A stretch of DNA of 64,000 nt, from assembly GCA_965203135.1 (NCBI GenBank), contig CBDBBO010000001.1:183037-247036 (forward strand). The letters run 5' to 3'. Of the stretch, positions 38,266 to 46,831 are shown in pieces. The notes under the pieces were generated by a model. The model did not search any database. It was not told where the DNA came from and saw nothing but the letters and a program-made list of their open reading frames with translations. Every line of letters begins with the position of its first letter. The stretch's first letter is position 1. The DNA comes from Dehalococcoidia bacterium (lineage in GTDB: Bacteria > Chloroflexota > Dehalococcoidia > Lucifugimonadales > CATOSD01). Made by a program: the position numbers and the translations under genes.

Positions 38266-39027
38266 CTAGGGTTTGCGCGCCTTGAAGACAATTGCGAACG
38301 GCACGCGGGTCAGCCTCTCCGCGTGGTCGGCCCAGTAGGGGCCGGAGTAGGGCGTGGCGCGGCCCGGGGGCGCCGGGTACGGCTCGACGACGCGCTCCAC
38401 CACGAAACCGCTGTCGGTCAGCAGGTCGTGCAGCTCCTGGAAGGTGCGGAAGTGGGTGACCGCCCGCCGGTCCGAGTCCTCCCAGACCTCAATGGGCGGA
38501 TTGAAGTAGTCGGTGACGATGAGCGACTTATCCTGGTCGTCCCACTCGAACGCCGACAGCGGGTGCACCGTGCAGACCACCAGCAGCCCGCCGGGCGAGA
38601 GGATGCGGTGGCACTCGCGGAAGCAGGCGGCCAGGTCGGGCACGAACTCCCAGCCGAACGACGACAGCACCAGGTCGAAGGACGCCGGCCTGAACATGGC
38701 CGGACGCTCCATGTCGCCACGCACCAGCCGCACGTCCGCGCCGCACTCGGCGATCAGCCGTCGGGCGTGGTCAAGCTGCCGCGCGGAGAAGTCCATCGCG
38801 GTGACCTGCGCGCCCCACCTGCTGAGCGCGATGGCGTTCTGCGCGGCGCCGCAGGCTAGCTCCAGCGCGCGCCTGCCTCGCACGTCGCCGAGCAGGCGCA
38901 GCGAACGCTCGCCGGGGGCGAAGGGCGCGTAGTGCACGTCGTCGACCGAGATGCGGGACTGCCGCTGGTAGGAGTCCGACATCGCGTCCCAGCCGAGCTG
39001 TACGGCGCGCTTGAGGTCGTTGGACAT
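38266..39027 (-). CDS. Class I SAM-dependent methyltransferase
   Basis: ALELACGAAQNA (motif I) and DLVLSSFGWEF. Start ATG 39027. The track's longer N-terminus is translated family A repeat. Confidence 0.85.
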   Translation of the reverse strand: MSNDLKRAVQLGWDAMSDSYQRQSRISVDDVHYAPFAPGERSLRLLGDVRGRRALELACGAAQNAIALSRWGAQVTAMDFSARQLDHARRLIAECGADVRLVRGDMERPAMFRPASFDLVLSSFGWEFVPDLAACFRECHRILSPGGLLVVCTVHPLSAFEWDDQDKSLIVTDYFNPPIEVWEDSDRRAVTHFRTFQELHDLLTDSGFVVERVVEPYPAPPGRATPYSGPYWADHAERLTRVPFAIVFKARKP

Positions 39028-39048
39028 GGTGGTGGGGTCCGGCCTCTT

Positions 39049-39089
39049 CACCCCCATCCTAACCTTCCCCCTGCGAGGGGGAAGGGACT
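39049..39089 (+). repeat. Family A hairpin repeat
   Basis: cacccccatcctaaccttccccctgcgagggggaagggact. Identical to the copy at 54395-54435. Confidence 0.9.
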
Positions 39090-39099
39090 GATTGGAGGG

Positions 39100-39177
39100 T
39101 GGCGGCCCCAACGGAATTCGAATCCGTGTTTGCGGCTTGAAAGGCCGCTGTCCTAGTCCACTAGACGATGGGGCCGC
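39100..39177 (-). tRNA. tRNA-Glu (anticodon UUC)
   Basis: Reverse complement: GCGGCCCCATCGTCTAGTGGACTAGGACAGCGGCCTTTCAAGCCGCAAACACGGATTCGAATTCCGTTGGGGCCGCCA. Anticodon stem GCGGC/GCCGC with loop CUUUCAA. Confidence 0.9.
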
Positions 39178-39186
39178 GAAAGGCGC

Positions 39187-40221
39187 TTACGGGTAGAGCG
39201 CCAGCTGTTCCAGGCCCTGCCGTTCGGGCAGGTCGAACATGAGGTTCATGTTCTGGATGGCCTGTCCGGCGGCGCCCTTCACCAGGTTGTCCAGGCAGCT
39301 CACCACGATGAGCCTGTTGGCGCGCGTGTCGACCGTCGGGAACAGCACGCAGTCGTTGTTGCCCAGCGTGTGCTTGGTCATGGGCGGCGCTCCGACCACC
39401 TTGGCGAACGGAGCGTCGGCATAGTAGTCCTGGTACAGCTCCCGGACTCGCTCCCTGGAGGCGAATCCCTTCGCGACCGCCTCGTCCGTGAGGGGGGCGT
39501 AGCAGCTAGCCAGAATGCCGCGCGTCATCGGTATCAGGTGGGTCAGGAACGTCAGCCGTAGCTGGGCGTCCTCGTCGATTGCGCCGAGCTCCTGGGTTAT
39601 CTCCGGCAGGTGCCTGTGCCCGTCCACCGAATAGGCCAGGACGTTTTCGTTCACCTCCGAGTAGTGGGTGGTGAGCGAGAAGCCGCGCCCCGCGCCGGAC
39701 ACGCCCGACTTGGCGTCGACGACCACGTCCGGCTCGATGATGCCGGCCTCCACGGCCGGGGCGAGCCCGAGTATCGCCGCTGTGGGGTAACAGCCGGGGT
39801 TGGCGACCAGGCTGGCGGCGGCCACCTCGTCGTGGTGAAGCTCCGGCAGGCCGTAGACGGCCTCCTCCAGGTACTGGGGGCAGGGGTGGTCGATCTTGTA
39901 CCAGGACTGGTACTCGTCGAGGTCCTTCAGCCGGAAGTCGGCGCTGATGTCGATAGCCTTGACACCGTCCTTGAGCGCCTGCTCGAGCCGCTCCGCGCTG
40001 GCCGCGTGGGGCAGGGCAGAGAACACCACGTCGACGCTCTCGGTCACCTCATCGGTGATGGTGATGTCGATCTCCGACAGGTGCGGGAAGACCTCCTCCA
40101 GCTTCTTGCCGGCGGCGCTCCTGCCCGTAACCGAGGCTATCTGCACGTCGGGATGTCGGTGCAGGATGCGCGCGAGTTCGACACCGGCGTATCCCGTTAC
40201 GTTAAGAATCCCGACCTTCAT
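39187..40221 (-). CDS. argC: N-acetyl-gamma-glutamyl-phosphate reductase
   Basis: 344 aa. MKVGILNVTGYAGVELARIL and the NPGCYPTA active-site Cys motif. Confidence 0.95.
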   Translation of the reverse strand: MKVGILNVTGYAGVELARILHRHPDVQIASVTGRSAAGKKLEEVFPHLSEIDITITDEVTESVDVVFSALPHAASAERLEQALKDGVKAIDISADFRLKDLDEYQSWYKIDHPCPQYLEEAVYGLPELHHDEVAAASLVANPGCYPTAAILGLAPAVEAGIIEPDVVVDAKSGVSGAGRGFSLTTHYSEVNENVLAYSVDGHRHLPEITQELGAIDEDAQLRLTFLTHLIPMTRGILASCYAPLTDEAVAKGFASRERVRELYQDYYADAPFAKVVGAPPMTKHTLGNNDCVLFPTVDTRANRLIVVSCLDNLVKGAAGQAIQNMNLMFDLPERQGLEQLALYP

Positions 40222-40817
40222 GGCGTAGAGTACCTCCGTACTGATTTTGGGGTGGTATCAAGTATAAGCCCGATTGCCTGGTTTCACAATAGCGCGGTGC
40301 GCGCGCTGCGGCCCTTCCATCGGCGGCATGGGGGGCGCGGCACAGGCGATGCGTGGAAGGGGATTTCGCGAAAGCGTGATGCAAACTGATGCATTCCGAT
40401 GCAGCGCGTAGCCGGCGTCTTGGGTTACTCGTAGCGGCGGACGGGTCGAAGGCTCGCCGGGGGAAGGTGACTTTGCCGAAACGTGCCCCATATCGCACCA
40501 TTCCGCACCACGTCGTAGCTGGGAGAGGGGCCTCGTTGGGTCTCTCGGAGGCGCTGTTGGGTAGAGGCTTGGGCATGATGGCACCAGAATTGCACATAAG
40601 AGTGGCAGGCCGGCGAGAGTCGCCAGCGGGGGCCTTCGTGGTCGATGGTTTAGGGTGTCGGTCTGGCATGTGGGGAGAATAGCACAGATGTGCGGGGTGG
40701 GTCAAGGGCCCCCTCGGCTTGGTCATCCGCGAAGGGCGGTTATCTCCCCCGCGCACAGGCGTTCGTCGTCTTGTACAATGGAGTAATTCAATCATCGATA
40801 AGTTAGGAAGGTATCCA

Positions 40818-42251
40818 TTGAGACTCGTTGAACCCATAGAATTGTCAGGATTGTTCTGGTTGCCGGGGCAGGTAGATTCTCGGTTGCCCGGCGTCCTCAA
40901 GATTTCCGAGTCAGGAGAAATCACAGTTGACTTTACGGGGGCATTTGGAGACGCTCTCTCGACGCCAATTGGGGCAAGTGCGTTGGCAGCGCCAACAAGT
41001 AGAGAGGAACCAGAAACCGACCCGAGTCGAATTGTGGGTGTCTTGGAAAGAGGCGGGCGCGTTACGCTAGATAGGTGTCTCCAGAAGGAAAGTAGCTTCT
41101 CATTTCCGGCTGGGTTGTCTAGTTCAACGTTCACGGCCGAGCTCGCTTTCGTCGGTGCTGAGTATAGTGAAGGGGAGGAAGCGGTATTTTCGGAGTTCAG
41201 CTTCTCAGTAGAAGGACTTGACGACTGGATAGCGGTATCCGGTATCGGGATCGAGCGTGATCCACACGCAAGGACTCCCAAGGGCTTGATTCGGTTTGAT
41301 GCCCCAGACGACATTGAGCTATCGCTTCCATCCGACACTGAAATGAGGTTTAGGTTTGGACTCACGTCTTCCAATGTGTCTGTACCACTAACCAGAGTTT
41401 CGATCCAGCAGTCCGCGTCGGTTCTGGTCAGACTTAAGGAACCACGTCCAATTAAGCACTTCTCGTCACTAGCGATAAGGCTCTGCAACTTCCTGACTCT
41501 CGCGTTGGATCAGGCTGTATCGATACAGTCAATGACCGGATTCCTTGAACTCGATGGAGCGGCGGAAAGGAACCGTCGACTTCCGGTCAAGGTGTATGAC
41601 GAGTTTGGTCCTTGGCCTGAAAGGGAACCCGTCATACGCTGGCACGAAGCCCTTTTCTTGTACCCACGTGTCGCCGAGAGTCTTGAAGAAGTGATGGGCA
41701 GGTGGTTTGAGAGCTACGATACCTTTGAAGCAGCATTTAACCTGTACTTTGCAACGAGGACACAGACTTCTCAGTTTCTGGATGCGAAGATTCTGTGGCT
41801 CACTCAAGCACTAGAGACATTACATCGCCGAAGCTCTGACGAGACGGAAATGGCTGACGAGGAGTTTCGGGAACTGATAGATTCACTTATGCAGGCCTGT
41901 CCGCCGCATAGATTAGAATGGCTACAAGCCAGGCTAAAGTACGACAACGAACTGTCTTTTCGGAATCGAATAAGGAGACTTCTGAAACCGGTCGAAAGAT
42001 GGTTCGGCAATGAAGAAGAGCGCAGAGCGTTCGTCAGCAGAGTCACGGACACGAGGAACTACCTTACCCGTTACGATGAGCTGTCTACCCCAAACAGAGC
42101 TACTACCGCTGAGGACCTGTTCGAACTGTATGAGAAACTAGAGGCACTTTTCCAGCTTCATCTATTGAACTTGATCGGCCTTGACGATTCGTCCATTGAG
42201 TCAATAGTGCAAGCAAATCGCAGACTTCAAAGGAAATTGAGGGCCACGTAG
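40818..42251 (+). CDS. apeA: ApeA-like HEPN-domain defence protein (ApeA N-terminal domain + Apea-type HEPN)
   Basis: N-terminus GLFWLPGQVDSRLPGVLKISESGEITVDFTG matches the characteristic ApeA NTD opening. C-terminus has ALETLH and VTDTRNYLTRYDE (HEPN helix). TTG 40818 follows AGGAAGG. The gene is visibly AT-richer than its flanks. Confidence 0.65.
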   Translation: MRLVEPIELSGLFWLPGQVDSRLPGVLKISESGEITVDFTGAFGDALSTPIGASALAAPTSREEPETDPSRIVGVLERGGRVTLDRCLQKESSFSFPAGLSSSTFTAELAFVGAEYSEGEEAVFSEFSFSVEGLDDWIAVSGIGIERDPHARTPKGLIRFDAPDDIELSLPSDTEMRFRFGLTSSNVSVPLTRVSIQQSASVLVRLKEPRPIKHFSSLAIRLCNFLTLALDQAVSIQSMTGFLELDGAAERNRRLPVKVYDEFGPWPEREPVIRWHEALFLYPRVAESLEEVMGRWFESYDTFEAAFNLYFATRTQTSQFLDAKILWLTQALETLHRRSSDETEMADEEFRELIDSLMQACPPHRLEWLQARLKYDNELSFRNRIRRLLKPVERWFGNEEERRAFVSRVTDTRNYLTRYDELSTPNRATTAEDLFELYEKLEALFQLHLLNLIGLDDSSIESIVQANRRLQRKLRAT

Positions 42252-42321
42252 CAGTGCGCCGTCCTCTCGCATAGCTTCAATGCTTGTCCCAGCAGATGTC
42301 GAGGATGCACCTTCGGTCACC

Positions 42322-42369
42322 TGTCAACTGCTCAAACGTTCCTGACCATCCACAGCAGAACAGTTGACA
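42322..42369. promoter_or_regulatory. 9-bp inverted repeat TGTCAACTG-(30 nt)-CAGTTGACA in the apeA/methyltransferase intergenic region; contains a TTGACA -35-like hexamer
   Basis: 42322-42330 is the reverse complement of 42361-42369. No convincing -10 box was found. Confidence 0.3.
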
Positions 42370-42420
42370 TCCAGAACACCCGGACGCGAGAGGCCGGGTC
42401 CGCTGAAGCGAGGGAATGCC

Positions 42421-45324
42421 ATGCCGCAACAGACTGAGCCGAGCGCGAATAATGCGCTGGGCGGGCTGCTTCAGGGGATGCTGTCCCGGAGCCGTGTGCA
42501 CTCGGAGAACACGCAGGCTATCGCGGGCCATGCGGGCTTGCAGCCTGACGTGCTGGTCATCACGCCTGGAGCGGCGCCCGTGGTCGTGGAAGCGGAGTTC
42601 GATCCCGCGTCGAACGTGGAGACCGAGGCGAAGGACCGTCTTGGGCTGGAGGTGGCTTCCAACGGGCGCGTGATCGAGGCGGTAATCGCTCTGCGCTACC
42701 CGGAGGACGTCCGGCAGGCATACGACCTGCGGGCCGCGCTCAAAACGGCGCGACTATCGTACTGCGTCTTCACGGAGGAGACGGTCGGCGAGAGCAGGTT
42801 CCCGGCGTCCGGCTGGCTGAAGGGGTCGGTCGAGGACCTGGCAAACATGGTGCGGCTGGTGTCGGTGCCGCAGCGCGCGGTGGACGCCGCGACGTTGGCG
42901 ATGGAACAGGGCATCGATAGAGTGGCCGCCATACTGGACGAGATGGAGGAGAGCCGTCCGAACATCAATCCGACCATAGCTCGGCTGTTGGGCATGACGA
43001 ACGTGCCACAGATGCGACGCATGGCCTGCGCCATCGTTGTCAACGCGATGGTGTTCCACGACCGCATAGCGGGGATGCACCCCCAGATCAGCCCGCTGAG
43101 GCTCGTGTGCGGGCCGGACGTGTCCAATCCGCAGGCTGAGACGCTGCAAGCCTGGTCCAACATCCTGAAGATCAACTACTGGCCGATATTCTCCATAGCG
43201 ACGGACATACTCAACCAGCTTCCCTCTGAATACGCCACACGGGTTCTGCGTACGCTCCTCTACACCGTTGGCGAGCTTTCCGCGACCGGCGTGGACAACG
43301 CGCACGACCTGACGGGGCGCATCTTCCAGAGACTGATCGCCGACCGCAAGTACCTGGCCACTTTCTACACGCTGCCCGCGTCGGCGGCGCTGCTGGCTCG
43401 GCTGGCTGTGGCAAAGATGGAGGACGTGGACTGGTCGGACGCGGAGGCGATAGGAAAGCTGCGTGTCGGGGACTTCGCGTGCGGCACGGGCGCGCTGCTG
43501 TCGGCGGTTTACGAGCAGATGGCCGCCCGCCACGAGCGAACCGGGGGCGATCCGGCGAACCTGCACAGGGCGATGATGGAAGAGGTGCTGTACGGCTGCG
43601 ACGTGATGCCGTCTGCGATACACATAACAAGCTCTACCCTGGCAGGTGCGCAGCCGAACGTCGGATACAACGAGTCCCGCCTTTACACGCTAGCCTACGG
43701 ACGCCAACAGGACCTCAGCGTCAAGGTCGGCTCGCTGGAACTGCTGGACTCTCAGTCCGCAATGGCGCTCTTCAACACCAGCGACCCGGCCAGACGCACC
43801 GGCAGCATAGGCGAGGAGACCGCCTCGATGGTGGTGGCGGACATACCGGACGAGAGCTTTGACGTGGTGATAATGAACCCGCCGTTTACGAGCGCCACCA
43901 ATCACGAGGGGGCGCACGCGGACATTACCAACCCCGCATTCGCTGCCTTCAACGCCACGCGCGCCGACCAGACCGCAATGGGCAAGCGGGCTAACAGGTT
44001 GGCGAAGGGAACCTGCTATCACGGGAACGCGGGTCTGGCCTCCGCGTTTGCGGCGTTGGCCCACAAGAAGCTCAGGCCGGGCGGCGTGCTGGCGTTGGTC
44101 ATCCCTCTTTCGGTCGCCAACGGCCTGTCATGGAACGGCTTCAGGGAGATGCTTGCCCGCGATTACACGGACCTGACCGTCTTAAGCATTGCAGCCAATG
44201 GACGCGACATGTCCTTCTCGTCTGACACGGGAATGGCCGAGTGCCTGGTGATAGCCCGCAGGCTTGCGGCAAACGAACAACCCGGAGAACGGGTAGGCTT
44301 TACGACGCTCAGGCAGAGGCCTCAGGGGTTCGCCTACTCAAGCTCGCTGTCCGCGGCACTCCTCGACGACGGAGAGGCAAGGGGCATCGAGGACGGGCCA
44401 TACGGGGGCACCCTGTTGATGGTGGGCGACGATGAGGAAGGGCAGAGGATAGCAGCGCTCGGTGGCAGTGCCGGCGAGAGTTGGGGTGCGGTTCGTGTGG
44501 CAGACTATGCCCTAGCTCAAACCGCCCACTATCTCGAACGGTCCAAGCTGTGGCTGCCCGGCAGCGCATCCTCTGTTGACTTGAAGACAGCGACGCTGGG
44601 AGTTGCAGGCGAGTTAGGCATTGTTCATCGTGACATCACAGGCCCGGTCCCGCGAGGGCCCTTTGACAAGGCGCCTCCGAGCCCGACGGCCACCTACCCC
44701 TCGCTTTGGAACCACAACGCTAAGAACGAGACCCGAATAGTCTGCGCTCCCGACTCGCGGCTAACTGTAAGACGGGGAATGGAAGAGAAGGCCGACACGA
44801 TTTGGGCGACTGCCAGCCGTGCTCACCTCAATCTCGACTTCACGTTCGGGGCGCAACCATTGGCTGTCGCATTCACCGATACGAAGACCATCGGTGGCAG
44901 GGTGTGGCCAAACGTTTCCTTCCCTGACAACCGATGCGATTACGCCTTTGCGGTGTGGGGGAACTCGACGCTGGGTCTGCTGTCATACTGGTGGCACTCC
45001 AGCCGCCAGCAGTCCAGCAAGGCGAGCGTTACCATCCGCTCGGCGGAGACGCTGCCGGTGCTGGACTTTCAGGCGCTCACGGACGAACAGTTTACGGAGG
45101 CGGAGGCGATCTTCGAGGAGTTCCGCGACAAGGAGCTGAAGCCGGCGTACCTTGCGGACGCGGACGCCAACCGGGCGCTGCTGGACAGGCGCGTGGTGTG
45201 CGACCTGCTGGGGTTCGACGAGGCGACCTACGAGGGGGTGCGTCGGCTGGCGGCGAAGTGGTGCGCGGAGCCGTCGGTGCACGGCGGGAAGGCGCGGCCG
45301 AAGGGCGCGGCGCTGGTGGTGTGA
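42421..45324 (+). CDS. Large solitary N6-adenine/N4-cytosine-type DNA methyltransferase with extra N- and C-terminal domains
   Basis: Motif I VGDFACGTGALLSAVYE and motif IV VIMNPPFTSAT. Start set to ATG 42421 (MPQQTEPSA). The N-terminal 110 aa carry PDVLV...VVVEAEF (possible degenerate PD-(D/E)xK). No adjacent S or R subunit. Confidence 0.75.
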   Translation: MPQQTEPSANNALGGLLQGMLSRSRVHSENTQAIAGHAGLQPDVLVITPGAAPVVVEAEFDPASNVETEAKDRLGLEVASNGRVIEAVIALRYPEDVRQAYDLRAALKTARLSYCVFTEETVGESRFPASGWLKGSVEDLANMVRLVSVPQRAVDAATLAMEQGIDRVAAILDEMEESRPNINPTIARLLGMTNVPQMRRMACAIVVNAMVFHDRIAGMHPQISPLRLVCGPDVSNPQAETLQAWSNILKINYWPIFSIATDILNQLPSEYATRVLRTLLYTVGELSATGVDNAHDLTGRIFQRLIADRKYLATFYTLPASAALLARLAVAKMEDVDWSDAEAIGKLRVGDFACGTGALLSAVYEQMAARHERTGGDPANLHRAMMEEVLYGCDVMPSAIHITSSTLAGAQPNVGYNESRLYTLAYGRQQDLSVKVGSLELLDSQSAMALFNTSDPARRTGSIGEETASMVVADIPDESFDVVIMNPPFTSATNHEGAHADITNPAFAAFNATRADQTAMGKRANRLAKGTCYHGNAGLASAFAALAHKKLRPGGVLALVIPLSVANGLSWNGFREMLARDYTDLTVLSIAANGRDMSFSSDTGMAECLVIARRLAANEQPGERVGFTTLRQRPQGFAYSSSLSAALLDDGEARGIEDGPYGGTLLMVGDDEEGQRIAALGGSAGESWGAVRVADYALAQTAHYLERSKLWLPGSASSVDLKTATLGVAGELGIVHRDITGPVPRGPFDKAPPSPTATYPSLWNHNAKNETRIVCAPDSRLTVRRGMEEKADTIWATASRAHLNLDFTFGAQPLAVAFTDTKTIGGRVWPNVSFPDNRCDYAFAVWGNSTLGLLSYWWHSSRQQSSKASVTIRSAETLPVLDFQALTDEQFTEAEAIFEEFRDKELKPAYLADADANRALLDRRVVCDLLGFDEATYEGVRRLAAKWCAEPSVHGGKARPKGAALVV

Positions 45325-45413
45325 GGGGAGGCAAATCAGAGCAAGTGCACAATAATGGCTCTCCACGAAAGACGATTGGCTCCCTCAGGAACAGACGCCT
45401 TGGTAGGTGAGGA

Positions 45414-46247
45414 ATGATCAATGGAACTGTGAACCGGAACCTCGTTCCTATAGTTCCGGTAAAGGTCAAGAGACTGGATGGGAACTGGCAGAAGCTAGGC
45501 ATGCTGTTGGACACTGGCTTCGAAGATAGGTTGTTAGTAGCAATGAACGCAGTTATGCAGCATAACATTTCAGTTTGGCCGCCCTACAATCCGACGAATC
45601 TGGAATACTACTCTCAACTCGGAGGTCGCTCAGAGTTCAAGTTGGAATGCAAAGTTGAACTCCTTCTGAGAAGAAACCAAAGGGTAGATGAGGCTGAGAT
45701 CATCAACATGCATGATTTCCCGGGCGTAATAGGGGTGGGCTTACTGTTACGACAACGGATAACCATTGATGTGATAGAGAATGGGGCAGTCGGAATAGAC
45801 CATATACCGCCACCTACCCGAACTGGACGAATCCGAAGGCTATTTCGCCGGCCCAAGCGCCAACGTCCCTATTCCGACTGTCCGCCTCTCTTCTCTACCC
45901 TTCCATGGGCAGAAGTAGCAGTTAGGGATAGAGAAGGCACTTATCACACCCTTTGTGCGAATGTGGACACGGGTGATAACGGGGAGTTGACCTTACCCCT
46001 TGACGAAGTCGAGAGACTCGGCTTGAGGCTTAATGAGAATAGCTGGGTGAGCACTATGAACGGGCCGGCTCATGCGAGCTGCGGTGAAATAGGGATAATC
46101 TGGCAAGGGGAAACACGCACCGTACAGTGCAGACAGCGCAGTGATGTAGACCGGCCGATCATCGGGATGAAGCTCTTGTCCGGCAATCGAATCACAATGG
46201 ACATTGGCTACCCCACCAAGATCGTTGACATCGCGCCCATACCCTAG
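45414..46247 (+). CDS. Tandem (two-lobe) retropepsin-like aspartic protease
   Basis: 277 aa with two D-T-G active-site motifs (MLLDTGFE at codon 33, NVDTGDNG at codon 185). Each is followed by a hydrophobic-Gly motif (VIGVGLL, IIGMKLL). Sampled lines are about 43% GC. Confidence 0.65.
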   Translation: MINGTVNRNLVPIVPVKVKRLDGNWQKLGMLLDTGFEDRLLVAMNAVMQHNISVWPPYNPTNLEYYSQLGGRSEFKLECKVELLLRRNQRVDEAEIINMHDFPGVIGVGLLLRQRITIDVIENGAVGIDHIPPPTRTGRIRRLFRRPKRQRPYSDCPPLFSTLPWAEVAVRDREGTYHTLCANVDTGDNGELTLPLDEVERLGLRLNENSWVSTMNGPAHASCGEIGIIWQGETRTVQCRQRSDVDRPIIGMKLLSGNRITMDIGYPTKIVDIAPIP

Positions 46248-46410
46248 TGGGGCTTGACCGAGTGCAAGAGTTCTCGAAATGCTGGTCAGACATCGTAGAC
46301 CGGTTACGATAGAAGGATTACTGTTCCGCGAAACGCAAGGCCAAAGGCGAAGTAGATGCCGGGGATAGTGGACGGCGCGGTCGTACGCGAGAAGTCCAGT
46401 CCACAAGAAA

Positions 46411-46430
46411 GGGGCGCGAAGTCGCGCCCC
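46411..46430. terminator. GC-rich hairpin (8-bp stem GGGGCGCG/CGCGCCCC, loop AAGT), possible bidirectional terminator closing the island
   Basis: Flanked by A-rich sequence upstream (cacaagaaa) and tgggtgttg downstream. T-rich on the minus strand. Confidence 0.35.
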
Positions 46431-46635
46431 TGGGTGTTGATAATCGGACCGCCATTGGTTCCCAAAATGGCGGGTGGCAGTCCGATGGGTGTTAATTGAA
46501 ACTAACGATACCGCCGCGACGATGCTCTGTCAAGTCCGATCGATAGCTGAGGGACGCCACTCCCTGGATTCCGGCTCGGGGGCCGGAAAGACGAGAGGGG
46601 CGCTCGGTGGTCGCGAGGCATGGGCAACCCCTTTA

Positions 46636-46775
46636 GATTCCTCGGCTCCGCTCGGAATGACAGGGTGTGACGGCGCTCGGAATGGCGGGGTGGGATGGCG
46701 TTCGGAATGGTGCGGGGTCGGATGCGCGAGAGGACGGGAGGTGGGGCGCTCCGAATGGTGTGGGGTGGACTTCGT
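46636..46775 (-). repeat. Family C repeat followed by about four degenerate 25-bp tandem units (GGCGCTCGGAATGG-yG-GGGTGGGAy), G-run rich
   Basis: gattcctcggctccgctcggaatg, then ggcgctcggaatggcggggtgggat, ggcgttcggaatggtgcggggtcggat and gggcgctccgaatggtgtggggtggac. Confidence 0.7.
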
Positions 46776-46831
46776 AATCAGGGTTGAATGTTGGCGGGTG
46801 TTCTCGGAAACTGTCACTGTTCAATGACAGG

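Noticed and set aside
40202-41488. 428-aa minus-strand ORF opposite the ApeA-like gene.
   Set aside because: The translation is Ser/Pro-rich with no motifs. The plus-strand frame carries the recognisable ApeA N-terminal and HEPN features and an RBS.
39100-46430. tRNA-Glu as the integration site of a prophage or integrative island.
   Set aside because: No integrase, excisionase or phage structural genes are present. I found no direct repeat of the tRNA 3' end at the far side, and argC lies between the tRNA and the AT-rich genes. It is treated only as a compositional island.
46636-46775. Possible CRISPR array (repeated CGGAATGG units). The scattered family A hairpins were also considered.
   Set aside because: The units are degenerate and directly abutting, with no unique spacers of constant length. 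No cas genes are in the window. Family A copies are dispersed singly.
46440-46831. Possible purine or preQ1-type riboswitch upstream of the NCS2-like permease (hairpin CCGCCATT-N9-AATGGCGG at 46449-46473).
   Set aside because: I could not match the conserved cores of purine, preQ1 or other riboswitch classes by eye. The region is dominated by repeat families. An Rfam scan would be needed.
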